A stretch of 64,000 bases of DNA from a virus: IMG/VR virus record IMGVR_UViG_3300026522_000001, positions 1 through 64,000 of that record; one strand, written 5' to 3'. The number at the start of each line of letters is the position of its first letter. Position 1 is the first letter of the stretch. The notes beneath the pieces are model-generated. The model worked only from the letters and a program-made list of their open reading frames with translations, made no database searches and was not told the origin of the DNA. Position numbers and translations under genes: made by a program. Shown in pieces: positions 27,101 to 33,321 of this stretch.

Positions 27101-27235
27101 ACTAGACCTATCATAGATATTAGAATCGTCTGTAAGGTCTTGTACTATAGTATATCCTTTTCTTGTTATATAATCTGACATTTTTTCAAGTACTTCATTA
27201 GGTGTACTTAAACCCTCATATACTACATATGACAT
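24194..27235 (-). CDS. Large structural protein (paralog family member) with alternating proline-rich and Tyr-periodic helical segments
   Basis: 1013 aa; shares N-terminal (NEVLEKMSDYITRKGYT), internal (FGNLDKYDTWTGGAYFSG) and C-terminal (DINTLNCITINMPIYF...) blocks with ORF 27235-28608. Confidence 0.6.
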   Translation of the reverse strand: MSYVVYEGLSTPNEVLEKMSDYITRKGYTIVQDLTDDSNIYDRSSNDGKKIVFQDRTNEYFISLRSANGTNIFGTNDDAQMDSLSADKDIHYYGIGMTVSEGYSKAQRWYNQYNAPVQYRGKDVQGVFMPVTQGTATTVQTRPTKVDYPTPVDKPVKEDYPEAPKRANYPTRPTEPTDPTVVRSDKNASLGRKIAPRITNIHGTDPFSLQNDKDKYGGRGVPLADLLYDTAHQYNNEIVFLFDNNSMRIVTNGTQATIENGNEFKNKGVYVGGTGTFKDVIEVFGQEISTLTESSFMDKWNAMPEQAKEKYSVGSNFNFPFAIVEHKNNGDVNSSLLTATVGPYREGFYDGIVGIAMPKSVFEKLKNFSQTISDYDTALKQYQSDLATYNQQVAAIDAQYQADLQKYQQECDKIDTDYNNKAADYNKYLQKVAAYQAYLTAEDNYITYLKNKNATGFTYNLYCNEITKPTDTLTFSLVKQGQRVIDKVADPPTRPTPPVKPVKAQYPNKPTKPAIRAMSDMPDHAYARFWDVLVGDNGSDIGCGSVSDLQSYAININNKLNDLNSSAGTNYSALRLDLQSMQVVTADTNLQSICDSLGKSDGVTYVPAIKGALISSVTTSSSYDFGMSYSITSYMTEKDFSSVVNFFGVAPYMVSKDKSFKCYFCNIMKTPKQNNYTITSTGSSSKPTYDTSTLYLVPKDILINNYKSNKANNFEIDNIIGYYNQTSDDWVQYKADCKKIDDDYNTAMTQYNTDMTKYQQDMTTYDTAFDAYISNLENGVGITYKDDTTSQLFQTTHLIFGNLDKYDTWTGGAYFSGSATRYMMKTAYKVYEDEDESDEAILPVLSSGQYSNTFLRIDIDEAPTDARGNIYWASSGNDNITGKRLSLPIRVKGQAQNGKIPHYLYLQSKERLDWGRDINTLNCITINMPIYFSVCVDPDAMDLYAPAGAANGIYFISTLNMQTSHTYEIQYPESNILCEIFPMGKRRGYYGFDGISIYQEEEAKTEDNTKESN

Positions 27236-28608
27236 TAATTATCACCTTCCTGTCTAAATGCTATTCCATTATAGCCTAATAATCCGAACATATTTCTACG
27301 AATACCTGTTTGAAAACAATTATATTTATGAACTTCTACTGGGTAATTACCATTTTTAATGCGATTTGTTGCCATATTATACATATTAACATATCTTATT
27401 ACATTTGATATTCCTACACAAGAATAATTATCTAATTGTTGCGGGTCACGTTTTACCATAAAATACATTGGCATAGCTAAGGTTATTCCATTTAATGTAT
27501 TTATGTCATGCCCCATTTCTGCTATTGATTTAGAATACAAAGGCCAATATGTTGGTAATTTTACTGCATTATTTATATCTAATGTAGTTACCATTTTCAT
27601 ATAATATGGCATATCTAATGTTGTACACCATATATTTGTCTGCTCTAAATCTTTTATATCACTATCTTTTATATCACTATCTTTTTTATCTGTACTATTA
27701 CCTAATATTACTTTTCCACCAAAATTTTGTAATAATGTTCTTTTATCACGATTTGGTGCATTATCTACCAACCCATATAAAAATACCTCTACATTAAATA
27801 ATGAATTATGATTTGGTTTTGCTGGACTAAACATATAACAATCATAATTATTTTCTGGGTAATCTATCCAAGGCTTTCCTTGTGCATACCCTGCATTATA
27901 TATTGTTGAGTGCCAACTTAAATCTTTATAATCTGCACTTGCAACCATATATACTTGTGAATATAAATATGATGCTGATTTTGCTACAGTAGAAACTCTT
28001 ACTCTATGAACTAACTCATATGTACATATAAAATCTCCACCATAATAAAATCCACCACCCATATCAGTCCATTTATCTAAATCACCAAAAAACATATTTG
28101 TTGTACAATCATAGCTTGTTGTATCTGTGAAATCTTGATACTGTACATTTTGTTTATTTATTGCTGAAATCATAAATGTATTATGGTCTGAATTATAATT
28201 CATTACTAATACATTTGGTTTATATAATGTAGGTGTTGGATATAACATATAATAATTTTTAGTAAAATCTACTGAACTAGATATATCTGAATCATATACA
28301 TTCATTATACCTCTTGTGCATAAATTCTTCTGCCAAAATATACTTTCATCATTGTCCAATTCATTTGTTGCCATCATTGAAATATATCCATTATCTATAC
28401 CAAAGAATATTACATACATTTTATAAATTCTGTTATAAAATATCATATATGTATATGTATTTTTTAGTTTTGGTATTCTATTTGGTGGTGATGCATATGT
28501 TGTTATATTTTGGTGCATAGTATATACACCTACATCTAACAAAAAATCTCTTATTTCTTTTAATATCGTAGATGTATCTGTATCTGCTAATTGTACTTCT
28601 TTTCTCAA
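27235..28608 (-). CDS. Structural protein, paralog of ORF 24194-27235
   Basis: 457 aa; STILKEIRDFLLDVGVYT, FGDLDKWTDMGGGFYYGG, HDINTLNGITLAMPMYF blocks. Confidence 0.6.
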   Translation of the reverse strand: MRKEVQLADTDTSTILKEIRDFLLDVGVYTMHQNITTYASPPNRIPKLKNTYTYMIFYNRIYKMYVIFFGIDNGYISMMATNELDNDESIFWQKNLCTRGIMNVYDSDISSSVDFTKNYYMLYPTPTLYKPNVLVMNYNSDHNTFMISAINKQNVQYQDFTDTTSYDCTTNMFFGDLDKWTDMGGGFYYGGDFICTYELVHRVRVSTVAKSASYLYSQVYMVASADYKDLSWHSTIYNAGYAQGKPWIDYPENNYDCYMFSPAKPNHNSLFNVEVFLYGLVDNAPNRDKRTLLQNFGGKVILGNSTDKKDSDIKDSDIKDLEQTNIWCTTLDMPYYMKMVTTLDINNAVKLPTYWPLYSKSIAEMGHDINTLNGITLAMPMYFMVKRDPQQLDNYSCVGISNVIRYVNMYNMATNRIKNGNYPVEVHKYNCFQTGIRRNMFGLLGYNGIAFRQEGDN

Positions 28609-28611
28609 CTA

Positions 28612-30975
28612 TTATGCACCTTCTTCCAATGGAATTAACATTTTATTATCAAATTTATTGTGTAATAATTCTTTATCAAAATAATTTAATACTTTTTTAT
28701 TTTCCCAATCATCATTTACCACTACACCGACTTTTGTAGGATATTTTCGTAATCTATCATCCCAACCATTTGGCACACTTAAATATTTTTTACCACTAAT
28801 AGTTACTTCACCGCTAGGCATTGTTTTAGACCATGACATATAATTGCTAGGTAACATACCATATATACCATTTTCTTTATGTTCTATTGCGTCTGTTTGA
28901 TATACAATTACTCTAGTGAATGGTGAAGCAAATTTTAATTTAAATTTATTTGTTAGTTCTTTTATTCTATATGTATCAGTAGTATGTGTAGTATCTGCCC
29001 TAGATGGATATGCACCATGTAAATTTGATGCTTCTAGCCATTTCGGCTCATTTAATGGATATCCCCAATCCCATATACTACCACAACTAAAATAATGTAC
29101 TACTGTTGCATCTTGTTGCATACCATAAATATCTTTCCATATACCTTCTGGTGATAATATTCTAAAATTAGAAACATTTGAACCATTAAATTTACATGGA
29201 TATAATAAGTTAGAATTTGATAATGCTATATTTTTTATATCTAATGTATATGAATTTCCTTGTGTATGTGTTGGCATACCACCTGTAGTTCTTCCAAATA
29301 CCCATATATCTTGTGTTAAAGCCCCACTACCTCCTGCTACAAATAATGGAAATTTATATGTAGCATCATCTACACAATCCATCATTCCAAAACTCATTGA
29401 TTGATATACATCTTGTAAATCTGATGGTCTAGTAACTCTATAGGTAATTGTAGCACTATAATCATTTTTTGTAAACCAATATGTTAATGTATTACCAAAT
29501 TCTGCTTTATTTTCATCACTCATTGTAAACCAAGGGCAACCAACACTAGGAAATGATGGTAATGCTATATCATTATCTGAACGACCATATTCATAATATA
29601 TTTGTCGTGCTGGTAATAAATTCTGTCTATTGAATTGTGCATGGGCTTCTTTTTCACAAGTTATTTGTGGTTGTTCACACATCCATAAATTTTCATCAAA
29701 TAATGTATGTGCTCCTATAGCTAAAAATTCACCTGTGTCTATAAATGGATTTTCTATGTTATCAGAATTATATTTAGTTCTTATATATCTACCACGGCTC
29801 CTATTATATGATAATATCTCTAAATCATTATGATTATATAATTCTGCTTGATTTGTTTTATGTGTTATTCCTTCACTATTTATATCATTAAAATTATTAG
29901 CTCTATAAAAAGGATAATCTACTTCTTTTCTTACCCAATCTGCATATGTATTTTTATTTACATCTGTATGTTGTAGTGATATATAAAAATATGGTAGTGT
30001 TTCTGAAAATTTCTTTGCTACCTTTCTTACTCCTTTTTTAGTGACTGTTACCTTTTTAGGATAGCCCTTTGCTTGTACTTTATGTATTTCTTCAAGTTTT
30101 TTATCAACAAGACTCTGTAATTCTTTCATACAATCATCTGTATATATTACATCTACTAGCCACAAAAAATAATCTGAATATGTAACATTATCTGTTGATA
30201 AATTATTTTTTTTCAGCGCATAATCTATTGCTTTTTTATGTATAGCACTATATGGAAGACCAGTTGGTGAATAACCATTCAGGCACATCCAATACGTATA
30301 ATACTGACTTTGCTTGTTATAACTCTCACCACCACGATATGATAATATAGGATTCTTAGTTTTAATTTCAGTATTCATGTTTATTATATTTGTCGAAGTA
30401 ATATTTGACAATTTTGATAAAAGTTCTTGCCAAATACTGTCACCATTTAACATCATTGGTGAAAAACTTGTTTCATTTTTATCTGGTAATATCGGAATTA
30501 TCAATATATTATTACTATTTATATAGTTTTTTATATATGATATAATAGTATCTGTATCACCAGTATACTTAGTTCCAATAGATAATACATCTATCCTATT
30601 AGTAAATGTTGGTATCGTATATCCTTCTGGTGCGCTACCAACTGTATCAAAATTATTTACTAGCTTGCAACCTGTATACGAAAAATTATTTTTTGAGGAA
30701 ATGACATTTAATCCTGCTCCATTATAACCTGTAAAATTATCTTTAATTTCGTATTTAGGATATATATACCCATCTTCTGTATATGTATATTCTTCATCCA
30801 CATATCGTGTTACTTCTTTTGTTATTGGTACTTGTAATGTAGCTCCATAAAAACTATGTAGTCTATCATCTACTAAATTCCATGCTTGTGTTGTAGCATT
30901 TGATTTTTGGGCAAATGTTAAAAATTTGTCTCCCATATCCCTTAGTGATGTTGCCGTTCCTTTTTCAACCATCAT
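28612..30975 (-). CDS. Large structural protein, related to ORF 30983-31900
   Basis: 787 aa; YKFPLFVAGGSGALTQ block parallels YPMYIAGNGTSQGG of the 305-aa neighbour. Confidence 0.55.
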   Translation of the reverse strand: MMVEKGTATSLRDMGDKFLTFAQKSNATTQAWNLVDDRLHSFYGATLQVPITKEVTRYVDEEYTYTEDGYIYPKYEIKDNFTGYNGAGLNVISSKNNFSYTGCKLVNNFDTVGSAPEGYTIPTFTNRIDVLSIGTKYTGDTDTIISYIKNYINSNNILIIPILPDKNETSFSPMMLNGDSIWQELLSKLSNITSTNIINMNTEIKTKNPILSYRGGESYNKQSQYYTYWMCLNGYSPTGLPYSAIHKKAIDYALKKNNLSTDNVTYSDYFLWLVDVIYTDDCMKELQSLVDKKLEEIHKVQAKGYPKKVTVTKKGVRKVAKKFSETLPYFYISLQHTDVNKNTYADWVRKEVDYPFYRANNFNDINSEGITHKTNQAELYNHNDLEILSYNRSRGRYIRTKYNSDNIENPFIDTGEFLAIGAHTLFDENLWMCEQPQITCEKEAHAQFNRQNLLPARQIYYEYGRSDNDIALPSFPSVGCPWFTMSDENKAEFGNTLTYWFTKNDYSATITYRVTRPSDLQDVYQSMSFGMMDCVDDATYKFPLFVAGGSGALTQDIWVFGRTTGGMPTHTQGNSYTLDIKNIALSNSNLLYPCKFNGSNVSNFRILSPEGIWKDIYGMQQDATVVHYFSCGSIWDWGYPLNEPKWLEASNLHGAYPSRADTTHTTDTYRIKELTNKFKLKFASPFTRVIVYQTDAIEHKENGIYGMLPSNYMSWSKTMPSGEVTISGKKYLSVPNGWDDRLRKYPTKVGVVVNDDWENKKVLNYFDKELLHNKFDNKMLIPLEEGA

Positions 30976-30982
30976 AATAACA

Positions 30983-31900
30983 TCACTCCAATTTTATACA
31001 AAAATATGAGTTGTTACTTCTCATTTGCTTTGTATCAAATGCAATATATTGTTCATTATTCCATGTCAATATACGTTCAGCATCTAAGTCTCTAGTACCA
31101 GAAATCCAATATACACCACGAAGAATACCATTTACATCTATTGGGTCATTTGTTTGTAACATTACTGGTATCAATAAGAAGTTATTCTGCTCAACTTGGC
31201 CATCTTCACGATAATTAGGAATTAGTTTCTCATTCTTAGCATTATATGGAAATACTGTACCTACTGTGTTATATCCATAGCTTGTGTTAAAATCAAATTT
31301 TCTCCATGTTCCATCTGCTCTACGCAAATATCCGCTACCACCATTAGGAAATAGGAATGACCCTTGTGTATTATTAGGCCATACACCGCCCTGTGATGTT
31401 CCATTACCTGCAATATACATTGGATATGGATATTGACGTTCACTTGCTATTGGATTTATAAATCCAATATACATACTCTCGTATACGATTGACATACGAG
31501 TTACTATTATTGCTCTATATGTATCTACAAATATCCAATACACAAACCTTTCATCTTTAGCCGTTGTATATGCTGGTTGTAATCCTATCTCTCCTTGATG
31601 AGATATTTTTAACCATTGTTGTATAGAACCAGGTTGTTCCCATAACATTAAATATTCATCATACCCTGCACATGAATCTAAATACATTCTTGCATTTGTG
31701 TTAGTATCTACTAATGCCTGTAAGTATATTTTATCATTGCCATCTCCGATGCCTTCCCATATGCAGTGCATTAGTCTATCATTACCATTATATGTATGTT
31801 TTTGTACTAAATGTTGTGTCCAACCTACCTTAACTAACATTTCATCTAGTTTTTCTATTACATCATATATTGAAGATGCTTCACCACTTACATAAGCCAA
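30983..31900 (-). CDS. Structural protein (paralog family; TTG start)
   Basis: 305 aa; SSIYDVIEKLDEMLVKVGWT N-terminal motif shared with the 457- and 1013-aa proteins. Confidence 0.55.
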   Translation of the reverse strand: MAYVSGEASSIYDVIEKLDEMLVKVGWTQHLVQKHTYNGNDRLMHCIWEGIGDGNDKIYLQALVDTNTNARMYLDSCAGYDEYLMLWEQPGSIQQWLKISHQGEIGLQPAYTTAKDERFVYWIFVDTYRAIIVTRMSIVYESMYIGFINPIASERQYPYPMYIAGNGTSQGGVWPNNTQGSFLFPNGGSGYLRRADGTWRKFDFNTSYGYNTVGTVFPYNAKNEKLIPNYREDGQVEQNNFLLIPVMLQTNDPIDVNGILRGVYWISGTRDLDAERILTWNNEQYIAFDTKQMRSNNSYFCIKLE

Positions 31901-31904
31901 TTTA

Positions 31905-32027
31905 TCACCCCATCTGCTTCATTAATTCATTCATGTCTAATTTTGAAAAATCAACATGATTCATTTGTTCCATCATTTCATTCGTCATATCCCTTGTTAT
32001 ACCCACCTGTGTCTCTACACTATTCAT
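31905..32027 (-). CDS. Possible 40-aa ORF translationally coupled to the next gene
   Basis: MNSVETQVGITRDMTNEMMEQMNHVDFSKLDMNELMKQMG; its end (ATGGGGTGA) supplies the SD for the TTG start at 31900; its own SD is weak. Confidence 0.3.
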   Translation of the reverse strand: MNSVETQVGITRDMTNEMMEQMNHVDFSKLDMNELMKQMG

Positions 32028-32061
32028 GGTGAGTATTGCACTATATGTTTCTATTTTTTTT

Positions 32062-32148
32062 TCAACAATTCATAAGAATTGTCTTGTAAATATTCTTTGA
32101 TTGCTTTTTACGCTCATCTGTCAATTTTTCAATAAACTTCTCATCCAT
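32062..32148 (-). CDS. Possible 28-aa ORF
   Basis: GGAGG SD 8 nt before ATG; consensus promoter about 35 nt upstream; MDEKFIEKLTDERKKQSKNIYKTILMNC. Confidence 0.4.
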   Translation of the reverse strand: MDEKFIEKLTDERKKQSKNIYKTILMNC

Positions 32149-32185
32149 ATTAATTTCCTCCGTGCTATCAAATTTCTATATATTC

Positions 32186-32214
32186 ATTATAGCATTTATA
32201 CAGCATTATGTCAA
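32186..32214 (-). promoter_or_regulatory. Consensus promoter restarting transcription of the baseplate/fibre genes
   Basis: Minus strand TTGACA (32209-32214)-N17-TATAAT (32186-32191); abuts the orphan omega-RNA-like end. Confidence 0.6.
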
Positions 32215-32218
32215 TAAA

Positions 32219-32371
32219 TTGACACTCCACATTTCTAAAAGCAGGAGATTCTTGGTTCAACAACCATTGCGCTTTCCGCCAAAGCATCTGGCGTCTTACA
32301 CGATTTCCCCAAGCGTGAATTCCCATGCAAAACATATAGCTAAATTATTTTAAAAAATAGAAATTTGACAA
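32219..32371 (-). ncRNA. Orphan (tnpB-less) omega-RNA-like IS605-family right-end copy with upstream promoter-like box
   Basis: Closely similar to 58446-58571 and shares the terminal hairpin and GTCTTACA box with the tnpB-linked copy; TTGTCA-N17-ATAATT at 32343-32371. Confidence 0.55.
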
Positions 32372-32386
32372 TGAAGTATAACTTGA

Positions 32387-32590
32387 CTATGTGTTTATAG
32401 TACCACATGACTTTTCATATGCCAATAGATTTTTATGAAAAATTTTATTTTTTCTTGAAGAAATTTCCAAAGATTTGAACAGTTCTTGTTTTGTGTCACA
32501 ATTAGGTAAACATATTAATATTTCCATAACTTGTTCATATGTCATTCTCATAGAAACTTCTCTACTATTACAATCCATATATGTAAACAT
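32387..32590 (-). CDS. Hypothetical 67-aa protein (possible small HTH)
   Basis: GAGGTG SD 8 nt upstream of ATG; no recognised motif. Confidence 0.45.
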   Translation of the reverse strand: MFTYMDCNSREVSMRMTYEQVMEILICLPNCDTKQELFKSLEISSRKNKIFHKNLLAYEKSCGTINT

Positions 32591-32689
32591 GAATTATAAC
32601 ACCTCAATATGTGTACTTAAATACAATATGCCATAAATAATATTAACTATTTAAGACATATTTTATATTATTACTTACATTTAGCCGTA

Positions 32690-32965
32690 AAATAAAATCG
32701 TACAAAACAGGGTAGGCGAAATCCTGTCACGATTTTAGATGTTACGGAGCACCTACATCTACAAATTTCTTATACCGTTTCTCTTGCAAGCAATGGACTA
32801 CAACAGCTTGGGAAATCCGTTACCTTATTAGAATCCAATCAGGTAGGAGTGCCTGAATCTCTTGGAACAGACAGTCCTACCTGATTGGAATTTTATTATC
32901 TAAATTAAGCAGGTTTCGTAAAGTCACTTCTTTTATACATAGGATAACACCTCGTTTATTGTCTT
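32690..32965 (-). ncRNA. Stand-alone structured RNA of about 270 nt (unknown class) with 11-codon mini-ORF at its 5' end
   Basis: Consensus promoter 32971-32999. SD plus ATG for MYKRSDFTKPA (32905-32940). 15-bp perfect hairpin 32834-32848/32875-32889. Further stems CAAGC/GCTTG and AGATGT/ACATCT. Nested terminal hairpin 32694-32736 followed by a U-rich tract. Confidence 0.55.
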
Positions 32966-32970
32966 TTTAT

Positions 32971-32999
32971 ATTATATCATTTTTGTTCTAATTTGTCAA
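32971..32999 (-). promoter_or_regulatory. Consensus promoter of the structured RNA locus
   Basis: Minus strand TTGACA (32994-32999)-N17-TATAAT (32971-32976). Confidence 0.6.
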
Positions 33000-33006
33000 A
33001 TAAAAA

Positions 33007-33047
33007 ATAGGTGCAAATAAGGAATTTATGCCCCCGTTTGCACCTAT
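33007..33047 (-). terminator. Intrinsic terminator ending the tape-measure transcription unit
   Basis: 11-bp stem ataggtgcaaa/tttgcacctat, followed by TTTTTT on the minus strand. Confidence 0.65.
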
Positions 33048-33321
33048 TATAAAATCTGCTAACTTACCTTTTAGTATTAAAGTACTGATAATACTTTAAT
33101 TTGGTATAGTTTATTATTTATAGAGTCTAACTCTGTTGATATATCTATATTATTATTTTGTATTACTGACTTTAATTTTGAAATATAGTTTATTATAGTA
33201 TCAGTATTCTGTTTACTATCTTCTGCCAACACAATATTTATATAATTTTTCATATACTAAATTATACTCTTATTAAATTCTTCTACAATTTCATCTTCTG
33301 TAATAACCTCACCTTCCTATA

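Noticed and set aside
32690-32965. Retron msr/msd or DGR-related RNA as an explanation for the structured RNA locus
   Set aside because: The only RT in the window is 26 kb away and has its own TR/VR. No a1/a2-type terminal inverted repeats or adjacent RT are present.
33061-33321. 58-aa minus-strand ORF (MKNYINIVLAEDSKQ...) just downstream of the tape measure stop
   Set aside because: It has no convincing SD and a low-complexity Asn/Ile composition. It is kept only as a remote possibility. The strong AGGAAGGTGAGG box after the tape measure stop has no start codon at a usable distance.
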